Source: Prasinococcaceae sp. CCMP 1430
Lineage: Eukaryota; Plantae; Prasinodermophyta
DNA: 64,000 bases
Reading direction: 5' to 3'
Assembly: GCA_013416795.1 (NCBI GenBank)
Contig: RQSC01000029.1
Span: 512,250-576,249 of the forward strand
Shown: positions 21,702-31,850 of the stretch, one piece after another
Layout: the number at the start of each line of letters is the position of its first letter
Numbering within the stretch: position 1 is the first letter of the stretch
Notes under the pieces: model-generated
What the model was told of the DNA's origin: nothing
What the model saw: the letters and a program-made list of their open reading frames with translations, nothing else
Database searches by the model: none
Translations under genes and position numbers: made by a program

Positions 21702-23599
21702 ATGCCGTTCGGGAAGATGGCGGACGTGCAGTCGCAGGCGGCCCTCGCGCAGGTGCGCGCGGCCGCCGCGCAACAGAAGCGCCACCTCGCGGCGCTCTGC
21801 GTAGCGGAGGAGCAGGAGGGCTGCGCCTTCGGCCTCGACTGGGACGCGGAGGTCACCGTGCTCAAGAGCGTGGACGACGCCGTCGAGGAGGCGCAGCAAA
21901 TGCTGGCCGGTGGCGACGAAGAAGTCTCGAGCGGCAAGCACGATGAGGCGCTCTTCGCCAGCCTCTCCGTCGCGCTCGGTAAGCTCGAGAAGCAGGCGGA
22001 GCGCGCGGCGTCGGCGCAGTCGAAGCGCTTGAACACCACTCGCGCGTCGAATGGGCAGTCGAACGGTCAGTGGGCGGAGCTTGAGGCGGGGCGGCAACTT
22101 GCGTACTCGCAAACGCTCCCTCAGCAGAAGCCTCACAGGCACCCCCACCAGAACGGCAACGGGAAGTCGTCCGTGCTGGAGGCAGCGGGTGCGATCCCCC
22201 CGCGAAAGCCCCGCTCATCGAGGCGACGCGTCGGCAATCCCCTGCGCGCGCTCACGCGCGCCGTGGGGCACGTGGCGACTGCGCCGGTGCGGGCGGTCGC
22301 ACGCACTCCGGCGTTCGTCGTGTCGCTGCCGATGCACGCTGGAGATACAGCCGCTTTCCTGGCGGGATACGTGTTCGACATGGGCGTCGGGTTCTCGCTG
22401 ATACCGACAGCGCTCGTGCGGTACACGGCGTTGCTTCCCGTGCGCGCCGTGCAAGCCGTTGCGCCGGCAACGGGCCGCGCGGCGGGCGACGCGGCGGGCG
22501 CGGCTGGGCGGGGTACGTCGGCGGCGCTGGCGCGCATTCCGATTCAGCGGATTGCGCTGCTGTTCGGCTTTGCGCTCACCCTCTACGCGCTGGGCGGCGA
22601 AGGCCGGTTCTTTTACGCCAATATTGATTGGCAGGTGCGCGACGCGGTGTTGCGGGACATGGCCATTCACCCATGGCCATTCGCCTATGTCCAGCCCGGC
22701 GAAGAACCGGCATTGCTGCGCGCCGCCATCGGCTTTTTCCTCGTCCCCGCGCTTGCCTGGAAAGCATGGGGGCCGGTGGCTGGCGACATTGCCTTGCTCC
22801 TCCAGAACAGCGTGCTGCTGACGGCCTTGCTCGGTTTGGGCGGCACCCTATTGCCGACGCGGCGGGCGCGGCTGGGCGGGGTGCGGGTGCTTCCGCGCGG
22901 GCGGCCGGCAGAGGAGCCACCAGGGTGGTGCATGCGTCCACCGTTGGAGTGGCGCGCGCGTCCGCCCGTGCCATCGGTGCACTGGCACGCGCGCAAGTGC
23001 GCGCCGCTCGCAAGGCCTTGCGAGCAGCGCCGGGCGCCGCTGCAGCGGCGGCTCGGACGCCCGTCGTGCGTTTTAGTGTCGCGGTCGCGGTCGCGACGGC
23101 AGCGGCCACCAACGCGGACGTCGTGGGCAAGGGGTTGGGGATCGCGGCGAAGCACGTCTGCACTGCGGCGAAGCAGGTCAAGCGCGTGCCCGTTGGAAAG
23201 GCGTACAGAGCCGTGAGCGAGCAGGCCAAGCGCGTGCCCGTCGGCGACGCATGCGTGCTGGCGGTGCACGCGGCCAAAAGCGTCACAGAGCACGTCAAGA
23301 GCGCGATCCCAGTCGGTGAGGGCAAGAGCGAAGTCAAGGGAAGCAGCAAGCGCGCCCCGCAACCCACGGTGTGGACCAAGAGCTATCCGCGAACGACTGT
23401 GCGCGTGCGTAAGGAGGGGGCCGCGTTTGCTGAAGACCCGGCAGGCGAGAGCACGCGCCCGGTGTTCGCCAAGGCGGCCGACACAGCCAGGACAACGGGC
23501 AGACCTGCGACGCCCCCCCCGGCGTCACCCACGCAGTTCAAGGTGTCGCGAGTGAAGAAACTCGCCGGAGCGGAGCTGGCGTCGCTCGGCATGGGCTAG
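21702..23599 (+). CDS. Hypothetical Ala-rich protein (MPFGKMADVQ...), interrupted by a 368-bp foreign-like insert
   Basis: ATG at 21702. The frame is continuous to the stop at 23599 only if one copy of the 28-bp repeat plus the intervening sequence (22487-22854) is removed. Confidence 0.6.
22515..22854 (+). other. Bacterial-like membrane-protein coding fragment between 28-bp perfect direct repeats (22487-22514 and 22855-22882)
   Basis: Translates RIALLFGFALTLYALGGEGRFFYANIDWQVRDAVLRDMAIHPWPFAY...LLLQNSVLL. Codon style differs from the host (ttt, att, tat, gaa). Confidence 0.7.
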
Positions 23600-24304
23600 G
23601 CGCGCGAGAAGCGCGGCAGCGAGCGGCGAGCCAGCACCCTACTCCCCCGCCGCGAGGAGGCGGGGGCGCTGTAATACGAGACGTCTCCGTTGTCTGTCCT
23701 CCTCCCTCATCCTCGAAGGGGAGGCAGCTCCCAGATCTACCCTTTGCGCTGGCTTGCCCGCGCGCTCCTTGGTGCATGCGCTCGCTGTTCGTTGGTGTTG
23801 TGCAATCATTACGCGCGGGGCGTGCGCGCGGCACATCGTGCGCATTGCGCGCTGCGTGCGGGCTCACGTGACTCACCCTCTCTTTGTCACTGCCTCTCGT
23901 CCCGAGAGGGCAGCTTGGGTCTGTGGGTAGAAGGGGTGTGCAGACATACGTACCCCTCGCGGGCCTGCTCGTGCGCGTGTCCGCGTTCGAGGTCGCTGGA
24001 TGAGCACGCGCTCAGCGCGGGCGGTGGGCGGCCCTGAACCAGCAGCGGGGGCTGGCACGCGCGCGAGTGCAGGCGCCGCCAACGGTCTCAAACTGCGCGT
24101 GCGACTGACGGCCGAGGAGGCGCAGGCGCTCAAGCGGTGCACCAGGGCGGCCCAGGCCAGGGTCCAGCAGGAGCAGTAGAAAACGCAGCTGCGTTGCCGC
24201 GCGCGCACAGAAGAGCGCTCGGGGACACGCTGCGCGAGGCTGACGCCGAGCTACTCGGGCTGCGGAGGCACACCACAGGCGCCAGGCAGGTGTCCGTCGC
24301 GACG

Positions 24305-25427
24305 ATGGATCGCCACCGCGCGCTCCTCGCCACGCTACCGAAAGTGCGCTTCGCCGTCGCGTACGGCTCAGCCGTATTTGTGCAGGCGGGGGTGCGCGTG
24401 TCAGCACCGCGCATGGTTGACTACCTGCTCGCGGTGGACGATGCACGCGCATGGCACGCGGCGAACCTGCGCGCCAATGCCACGCACTATGCGGGCTTGC
24501 CCGCAGCGCTCGGTGCGAGCGCTGCAGCGTCACTCGCGGAGAGCATCGGCGCGGGCGTGCACTTCAATGCGGGCGTCGGTTTCGCCGGAGGAGAGGTAAA
24601 GTACGGGGTAATGGAGGTCAGGCGGCTGCGCAGGGACTTGACGACGTGGACAGATATGTATGCGGCAGGCAGGTTGCAAAAGCCAACGCTCGCGCTAGTG
24701 GGCGGAAGGCGAACGAAAGGTACGGGGTGTGTGTGCAACAGTGCGCGCTCGCGGGGGGTTCTGCGGGCTGACACTTTGGCGCTCGCCGCGCGTTGGCGCC
24801 GGTGTGCGCTCGGCTCTCGCTCCTGGCGAAGGTGACGACGGCGCGCTCGAAGACGAGCGCACTGGGCTTGCCATGGCGGCGAACGAACGCGCGGCGCTCG
24901 CCGCTTCGCTGCTCCTTCTCGCAGACACGCGAGTACCCGCGGGCGGAAGCGCTGGCGTCGCCGCAGGCGCAACTCCGGGCGCGCGCGCAAGAGCGAGCGA
25001 GCACGAGCTCTTTGAGGCCATCGTTGGTCTGTCTTACAGCGGCGATGTGCGCATGAGCGTAGGTGCAGAGGCGGCAGGCAAGATCGGTTCCATTGCCGAG
25101 GGCAGCGCGGCACCCATGCGCGAGATGTACGCGCCGCACCTCCATGAGCTCGTCGAGGCCGGCGTGCTGACTACCGCCGCTGACAGCGGCGAGGTCGAGT
25201 GGGATGCATCGGCCGCCGCCAGTGCTCTCCTGCACACGCACCTGCCGCGTGCGTACGCGCACGCATGTGGCGAACGCGGCGCCGAGGGTTTGCGCAACGC
25301 GCTGGCAGCCGCCGTACGCGCATCGAGCGCGAGGGCGGCGCTCGCGGGCGCGTGCACGGCGGGCGGGCGTCGTGGCTCGGCCTACCTGCTCGCCAAGCTC
25401 AAGAAGGGCATACTCGCACCAAAGTAG
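24305..25427 (+). CDS. TAM41: Mitochondrial phosphatidate cytidylyltransferase TAM41
   Basis: Motifs FAVAYGSAVFVQ, MVDYLLAVDD, GVHFN, VKYGV, WTDMYAAGRLQKP, AIVGLSYSGDVRM and YLLAKLKKG. Phase-consistent intron at 24720-24831. Confidence 0.93.
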
Positions 25428-25621
25428 GAGGCCGTCCTGGACAGACGTCGTTCGCTCGTGCCAGCTGCCGGCGTGCTGCTCTGCGCTGCGCGCCATGCAG
25501 ACACACACATTCTTTACTGTACATAATAATAGGCCGCGACCCGGCCGTCGCCCGCGCACGTGTGCGCACATGACACCGTACAAGAGGGACGACTGCCTTC
25601 GCGCAGGCGAATTGCGCGCTG

Positions 25622-26791
25622 CTATTGGGGCTGGGTGATGCCGCTGCCCGGCTTGTCGCGCCCGCGCGGTGTCGACGCGGACGATGTGGAGGGCGTCGTT
25701 CGCTGGCTGCTGTCTCGGTCCAAGGTCGCCGACAGCGTGCGCGCACGCTGTTGCCCCTGCTGTTGCTGCCCCTGCTGCTGCAAGACCTGCGGATGCGGTG
25801 GGGAAGGGCGCTGCGGCGAGTGCGACGGCAGCGGCAGCGTGTGGCCGTGCCCCAACCCCACGCTGGTCACCCCGCCGCGGGAGCCACGCGCCGCCGCGGG
25901 GCGGCGCATCGCACGCCTGCCGCCGCTGTTGAGCCACCGCCCCACGCCTCTGTCGCTCCCAGCGTCCGAATCGTCCTCCGAGCTGGTGGCACGCACGACG
26001 AAGTCCAGCGTCCGCTCGAGCTCGACCTTCTCATGAGTGAGCGCGTCGATCTGCCGCCGCATCGAATTGACGATGGCTTCCTCCTCGCACTCGAGCGAGT
26101 TCTCTATGGCCACCTTTTCGAGCATGAGGCGCTCGCGCTGCGCCTTGAGTTCGCGCACCTGCTTCTCCAGCGTGCGCTTCTCCAGCTTGGCAGACGCAAG
26201 GCCCTTCACCTGCTGCTGCAGCTGCGCGCGCTCATTGATGAGCGCCTGCACTTGCCGGCGCGTCTTGGAGACCACCATCTCCTGCTCGGCCTCGAGCGTG
26301 TTCTCCAGGTCGGCTTTGGAGCGCGCGAGTGCCTCGCGCTGCGTCTCAGCCTCGCTCTTCGCCTTCAGAGCCTCATCCTTCTCACGCGAGAGCGCGTCGA
26401 GCTTGCGGGTGAGCGTGTTGGTGAGGAACTCCTCCTCCTGCTCGACCTCTGTCACGAGCTTCATCTTCTCCTCCTTGAGGTCGACCACGCGCTTCATGAG
26501 CTTGTTTGTCATCGACTCTTCCTCCTGCTCTACGCTGGCAGAGACGTCGAGGGTGCGCTGGCGCTCGCGCCGCAGCTCCTCGGCATGGCCGGCCGCGTGC
26601 CTGCGCTCGACCGCGAGCGCAGCCTCCTTGTCGGCAAGCGCGTTCTTCAGGCGGAGCAGCTCCTGGGCCATCAGCTTGTAGTCGTCAAGTGACGGAGCTT
26701 CGGTGGGAGGGGAGTCGGTCATGGCCAGCGCGGCCTCCGTCGCCGCCAAAGACGCCTGCTCCGCCGCGGCATCCCCGGGCGCGTCCGCCAT
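25622..26791 (-). CDS. CCDC6-like coiled-coil protein (DUF2046)
   Basis: Repeated EQEEE(S/F)(M/L)TN.L..(K/R) units typical of CCDC6/H4. Confidence 0.8.
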   Translation of the reverse strand: MADAPGDAAAEQASLAATEAALAMTDSPPTEAPSLDDYKLMAQELLRLKNALADKEAALAVERRHAAGHAEELRRERQRTLDVSASVEQEEESMTNKLMKRVVDLKEEKMKLVTEVEQEEEFLTNTLTRKLDALSREKDEALKAKSEAETQREALARSKADLENTLEAEQEMVVSKTRRQVQALINERAQLQQQVKGLASAKLEKRTLEKQVRELKAQRERLMLEKVAIENSLECEEEAIVNSMRRQIDALTHEKVELERTLDFVVRATSSEDDSDAGSDRGVGRWLNSGGRRAMRRPAAARGSRGGVTSVGLGHGHTLPLPSHSPQRPSPPHPQVLQQQGQQQQGQQRARTLSATLDRDSSQRTTPSTSSASTPRGRDKPGSGITQPQ

Positions 26792-27420
26792 GGTTGCCGC
26801 GAGCGCGGCCGGCCGCGCACCGCCTTGACACGAGTGCGCGCAAGAAAAGGGCGCGCGCAGGGCCTCGCGCGGCGCGCCAGAGCGCGCGCAGGAGGGGGGA
26901 AAGGCGAGGAGGGGGGTGGGTGGACAGGGAGTGAAAAGGGGCTTCGCCGCTTTCGATCACCGCGCGCGTGCCTCGCCAACGCCTCCCGCGCCCGTCCCCT
27001 CCTGAGGCGGGCGTGGGCACGCAAAGCGCGGCTCTGTCGCAGAGTGGCGCCGCCGCCGCCGCCGCAGCGCGCGGGCGCTGAGCTGGCGGCCGCGAAATCG
27101 ACACCGGCGCCCAACCATAATTCGAAACGAGGTCAAATTCCGCGGAAACTCTGTCGGAATGCGCGCGGGAGCGTGGGATCAAAAAGGAGATCTTGCGGCC
27201 ATACGGAAAATGCCACGCAAAAAAAGCAAAAGCAAAAGAGAGTGGGGAGACCCTCATACTGTGATAAACCCTTTCTTGGCGAAAGCTCAGGGTTAGGGTT
27301 CGGTGAGGGGCGAGCGAGTCCCCGTTTGATGGTCATTTCTCTTGCGCGCGCACTTTTTGGCGTGTGGGGCCTCCCCCCTTTTCCGCGCCGATCCGGCGCG
27401 GAGCGCGCGCGCGCCGCACC

Positions 27421-27463
27421 GTGATTGGCCGATGGCGGCGCCGCGCGTTCTGCGGCCAATCAC
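27421..27463. promoter_or_regulatory. Inverted pair of CCAAT boxes in the CCDC6/IFT22 divergent promoter
   Basis: GTGATTGGCCG ... CGGCCAATCAC, an 11-bp perfect inverted repeat. Confidence 0.5.
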
Positions 27464-27898
27464 AGCGCGGCGCGGCGCGCGCTGTGGGCCCCGCCCGCGC
27501 CCACGCGGTTGCCGCAGCGGCAACACCGTGCGAGGTCGCCGATTCGCGCGGCACCCCACAAAAGAAAAAGAAAAAGAAATCAGCAACGACTCTTTCGTGA
27601 TGGGGAGACCACAGCACCCCATTTTTCGAGCGCTGCGGAGTCGTCGCATTCCGGGCACCACCCGCAGAAAAAGGCAACACCAAAAAGGAAAGGAAAAGGG
27701 GCGACAAAAGTCTCTTGTCGAAATGCACACGGTGCGGTTCAAAGCCGTGCTGGAAACAAAACCAAAACAAAACGCTGCGGGTTTGACCTGCACGAGCGCC
27801 ACCCGCGCCAAGGGAAGGGGTGGGGTGGGGGGTAGTGTGCGTGCGCGGAAGGGGCCAGAGCGCGCGCGGGGGGCCTGCCAGGGGAGCGAGCGGAAGCG

Positions 27899-28597
27899 AT
27901 GCGAGCACAGAACGAGCCCATAAAGGTGCGCAACCACCCATCCCCCCTTCCCGTGCGCGCCCGCTGCTGTCCCGTCTCCCCGCGCGCGAGCATGTGTGCT
28001 TGCTTGAGGGCGCCGTGGCTCGGGCGATGGCGCTGGCGCGCAGGCGGGCAGGCGGCCCGAGGCCGGAGGCTGACCCGCGCGGGCGGCGCGCAGGTGTGCA
28101 TCGTGGGCCCGGCGGGCTCTGCGAAAACGGTGTTAACGAATAACCTCGCCGACCTGCCTGTGCCCACCGGGTATGAGCCGACTGTCGGCTGTCGCGTGCA
28201 GGAGATCGAGCGGCCAAGCGGCGCAGGCGGGCGCAGCGGGATGGCGCGCGTGCGCCTGTGGGATTGCGCGGGAGGCAGCGAGTACCAGGGATGCTGGCCC
28301 GCGCTCGCGCACGGCTGCGAAGGTCTGCTGATGGTGTACGATCCAGACGTGCAGGGATCGGAGGAGACGCTTGAGGCGCTCTATCGCGTGTTCGCGCAGC
28401 CGCGCAGCCTGCGCGAGAAGCAGTGCTGTGTGCTGGCCGTGGTCAGCAGCGAGCAGGCGCGCTCGTCCGCAGGCCTGCAGGGCAAACTCTCGCAGCTGCG
28501 CCACATCGTTGTCGACGCCGCGCAACTCGCGCAGGGCGTTCGATGCGACGCCGCCCTCTCTGCCATCGACGCGGTCGTCGCCGCCGCCGCGCAGTAG
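27899..28597 (+). CDS. IFT22: Intraflagellar transport protein 22 (RABL5)
   Basis: After removing the intron at 27926-28093: PIKVCIVGPAGSAKTVLTNNL, YEPTVGCRVQE, RLWDCAGGSEYQGCWPAL and LLMVYDPD. Confidence 0.85.
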   Translation: MRAQNEPIKVRNHPSPLPVRARCCPVSPRASMCACLRAPWLGRWRWRAGGQAARGRRLTRAGGAQVCIVGPAGSAKTVLTNNLADLPVPTGYEPTVGCRVQEIERPSGAGGRSGMARVRLWDCAGGSEYQGCWPALAHGCEGLLMVYDPDVQGSEETLEALYRVFAQPRSLREKQCCVLAVVSSEQARSSAGLQGKLSQLRHIVVDAAQLAQGVRCDAALSAIDAVVAAAAQ

Positions 28598-28797
28598 CTC
28601 GCCGCCGCATCGCGCACGCGCTGCCGGAAAGGGCGATGCAATGCAATGTGACGTGATGTACAATATATAAACCCTCTTTCCAATCCAGCACGCGGCAACC
28701 CTAATTTTCTTCGGGTTGAGGTGGCCCACCGCACCTGCTGCGCCAGTTCGAGAGCGTGGCGGTCGATGACGAAGGCGTGCGCACATCTGCAGGTGCT

Positions 28798-30633
28798 TCA
28801 CGCGTCATTCTCCTCGGCCATTTTCTGGGCCATCTGCTGCATCGCCATCTCGACGTTGGTCCTGTGATCCTCCTTGGCGTCCTCCTTGCCGGCGTGACCT
28901 GCACGTAGGAAGATGCTCCCAAGAAGCTTCAGAGCTCGCGCGCGCTCTCGCCACACCTCCTTCGGCACCTCAGCATCGCGCAGCACGTGGCCACAGGCGG
29001 TCTTGAGCGTTGCTTCGATGTCGAGCCTCGACACGCACCATAGCGCCTCGAGCACCGCCGGCATCGCCTCCTCTGCTGCTTGTCGTATTGCCTCGGCCTC
29101 AGAAGGAGCGGAATCTGCACCCCCCTGCGTCTCCTTTGTGTCCTGTCGCGCCGCCTCGTGTTGCTGCCCGCCCGGTGCGTTGGCGCCCTCTCTGTTCGCA
29201 CCCGCGGACGTGCGCCGGCTTGGATCTGCATCTTTGTCCTCATCGCCGCCGTTCGCTCTGTCCATGATCTCGGCGGCGCGACGCTGCGCCTGGTACGCGC
29301 CCATCGCGGCCTTGATCGTCCGCCCGTACGTTTTGATGGTGTGCCCCCGTTGGACAGCCATCGCCCAAACGCTGTCCAGCCTGTGCGTCAGGTGGGCCTC
29401 GGCAATGTTCTTGTACTGGAACCCCACGACTCGTAGCAGCCTCGTACCGTAGGGCACATGTGCGAGCTCGTTGGCCTCGGTCTCCGCCCACATGCGGAAA
29501 CCGTCCTTGTCGCCCTCGACGTACTGCCGCAGGTACGCGCACAGCTTGACAGACAGCTCGGCCTCCCTCCGCAGCTGCCTTCGCTTGACCTGACCGTTTT
29601 CGCTGAAGGCATCGGCAATGTCCGCGGCACCGCCCGCACCGCCGGATATCTCCGCCTCGTCCAGCGCCATTGCGAGCTTGAGCTCGCCGATGAAGTCCCG
29701 AAATCGCTCCGAGCCGAAGAGCACGGCAAAAAAGACGCTCGTGTCCATCATGCGCTCCCCCTTCAGGGCGTCGCGGCCCGAGCGATCGTACTTCGCGCGG
29801 AGTGCGGGATCCGACAGGACCTGGTACGCCTCCCCGACCGCCTGGAAGCGGGCTTTGGCATCCTCGTCGCCGGGATTCTTGTCTGGGTGCAGCTTGCGCG
29901 CGCGTACGTAGTACGCCTTCTTGATAGCGCCCTGCGTCGCGTCGGTGGGAACGCCCAACAAGTCGTAAAGCTCGGTATCACACACTTCGCCGTCAGACTG
30001 CCGAGCGCCCGCGTTCGCGCGAGCGCCGCTCGGACCGCCCGCGTATGCGCGCTGCCGCTCCGCCGCCGCGCGCATTTCTGCGTCCCGCTCGGGGGAGAAA
30101 GCGGCGTTGTCGACGACCACGCCTCTTTCGTCGCTGTCGGCGAAGCACGCTTTGTAGCGCGCCATCACGCCGTCCGAGGTCCACGTGCGTCGCTCCTCGT
30201 CCCATGTCTTGCCGTCGTGAGACTCTTTGACGGCTTCGGCAGTGTTCACAACTCCGCGACCGAGCTGCACACACCCGACCACAGCTCCAGCGACGGGTAG
30301 CACGACCGCTCCCGCCACGCCGGCCGCTAGACCCTTGGCGAACCCCTTGGTGCCCTCATTTTTTGCACCGAGCACCGGCGCGGCGACGAGGCTCGCAAGG
30401 CCCGCGGCGACGCCCTTCACGGTGGACTTGAGGCCGGAGCTCAGACCTGCGGCGGCGTCTCGTGGCCGGCGCGTCGAGAAGAGGCAGTCGAGGCTTGCCG
30501 CCGCAGCAGCGGCCGCGGCCGCCTCGTCGATGTTGCCTGCGCCGCCTGCGGGTCCTGCCGTGCTGACCTCGTCGGTCATCGGTGGCGCTGCCGATGGCGC
30601 CACCGTCGAAGCGTCACCCGCGCCCTCCGACAT
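28798..30633 (-). CDS. DnaJ protein with DnaJ-X domain (CAJ1/DJP1/ATJ10-like)
   Basis: J domain LYDLLGV...IKKAYYVRARKLHPDKNPGD...YQVLSD, followed by the X-domain LDIEATLKTACGHVLRD...RARALKLLGSIF. Likely ATG at 30633. Confidence 0.93.
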   Translation of the reverse strand: MSEGAGDASTVAPSAAPPMTDEVSTAGPAGGAGNIDEAAAAAAAAASLDCLFSTRRPRDAAAGLSSGLKSTVKGVAAGLASLVAAPVLGAKNEGTKGFAKGLAAGVAGAVVLPVAGAVVGCVQLGRGVVNTAEAVKESHDGKTWDEERRTWTSDGVMARYKACFADSDERGVVVDNAAFSPERDAEMRAAAERQRAYAGGPSGARANAGARQSDGEVCDTELYDLLGVPTDATQGAIKKAYYVRARKLHPDKNPGDEDAKARFQAVGEAYQVLSDPALRAKYDRSGRDALKGERMMDTSVFFAVLFGSERFRDFIGELKLAMALDEAEISGGAGGAADIADAFSENGQVKRRQLRREAELSVKLCAYLRQYVEGDKDGFRMWAETEANELAHVPYGTRLLRVVGFQYKNIAEAHLTHRLDSVWAMAVQRGHTIKTYGRTIKAAMGAYQAQRRAAEIMDRANGGDEDKDADPSRRTSAGANREGANAPGGQQHEAARQDTKETQGGADSAPSEAEAIRQAAEEAMPAVLEALWCVSRLDIEATLKTACGHVLRDAEVPKEVWRERARALKLLGSIFLRAGHAGKEDAKEDHRTNVEMAMQQMAQKMAEENDA

Positions 30634-31271
30634 CGGCCGAGGCTTCCTTCCTGGCCCGCCCGCCCCACCACCCACCCCACCCCGGCTCGGCTCGGCGGGG
30701 GGAAAAGAGGGTAGCGAGGCGCCCACACCGCCGCGCCCAGCGTGCCCCTTGCCACCGAGAGGGGAGGAGAGAGGGGAACGGCGCAAGGCCAAGCTGCTCA
30801 GAGAGCGGCCGCCTCCTCCAGGCCCTCGGCTCTCTCCGCTTTCGCCGCCGCACCTGCCGCCGCCGCAGCGCGCGCCTGTGGCGCACGCGCGCCGCAGCAG
30901 CAGCAGCGCCGCGTGCGCGCCCCGAGATCCGGTCGTGTCAGATTTTAGGTGCGCCGACCCGCCCGCAGCCGCGGGTGCACCGGCTGCCGCGATACCATGG
31001 ACTGCCGAGTTTTTGTATTTGAGTAGTACGAGCACGTGATGCAACTTTTGTCGCGCCGCGCGCGCGGGCGCAGGTCTGTGTCTGACCCGGGTGACACTGT
31101 GGTTACACGTCGCACCTATGGGTCTCTCTACGAGTGTCGGGCGCAACTCGCTACAGCCGCGCCGCGCCCCGAAGCGCCCCTGGATCGAAGGCCTTGGTTG
31201 CACGAGCCCGCCCGAGCAGGCGTCGTCCCAAGACGGCCTACAGAGAAATCGAGGTCGAGCATCAATCGCGC

Positions 31272-31850
31272 TCACGGGTACAGCCCGCGGCCCCACGCGA
31301 AGAAGCCCTTGATGGCGTTAGTGATGGGGTTGCCTCCCTTCTTCCCGGTGTCGACGGTGACCTCCTCGACCTCGTCCTCATCGACCTCGATGGCGTCGTC
31401 GCCGTCACCGCCCTTGGCGACGAGGGAGATGGCGAGCGCTGCTGCCACCACGGTCACCACGGCGCCGGTCACCTTGCGGGCGACCTTGCCGGCGCCGCTC
31501 TTCTCCTCGCCGGTGGCGGCGGGGACGCTCGCTGAGGACGCTGTGGCCATCGCAAGTCCAGAGCCGGGCACGGTAGCAACGCCGGCGTCGGCGCCGAGAT
31601 AGGATGCCGCGCGTTCGGCGTCGGGCGGATCCAGCGTTGGGAGGGTGGCCGCCGAGCCGGTCACGCCCAGGTCGGCCATCGACGGGGCGTCGCCGGGCGC
31701 GTCGGATGAGGGGAAGCACGCGTTTTTGATGCCACCGACGCCGGAGTGCACCAGCCCGCCCACGGTGTCGACCGTCGTTCCGACGACGCCACCCACGCCA
31801 TCGATGACGCGGTTGACGCCCGAGGACACGCCCGAAGCGACGTTGCCCAT
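31272..31850 (-). CDS. Hypothetical small protein with an N-terminal MGNxxS myristoylation-like motif and one TM helix
   Basis: Starts MGNVASGVSSGVNRVID and contains a hydrophobic segment VTGAVVTVVAAALAISLV followed by an acidic tail. Strong GC3 bias. Confidence 0.7.
   Translation of the reverse strand: MGNVASGVSSGVNRVIDGVGGVVGTTVDTVGGLVHSGVGGIKNACFPSSDAPGDAPSMADLGVTGSAATLPTLDPPDAERAASYLGADAGVATVPGSGLAMATASSASVPAATGEEKSGAGKVARKVTGAVVTVVAAALAISLVAKGGDGDDAIEVDEDEVEEVTVDTGKKGGNPITNAIKGFFAWGRGLYP

Noticed and set aside
22513-22880. The bacterial-like insert as a spliceosomal intron (it starts GTACGT)
   Set aside because: No register of the 368-nt excision within the direct repeat ends in AG.
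18633-23216. A single 1527-aa protein
   Set aside because: The ORF is held open artificially by the N gap and the foreign insert. A splice donor at ~20642 and a new ATG at 21702 suggest two genes.
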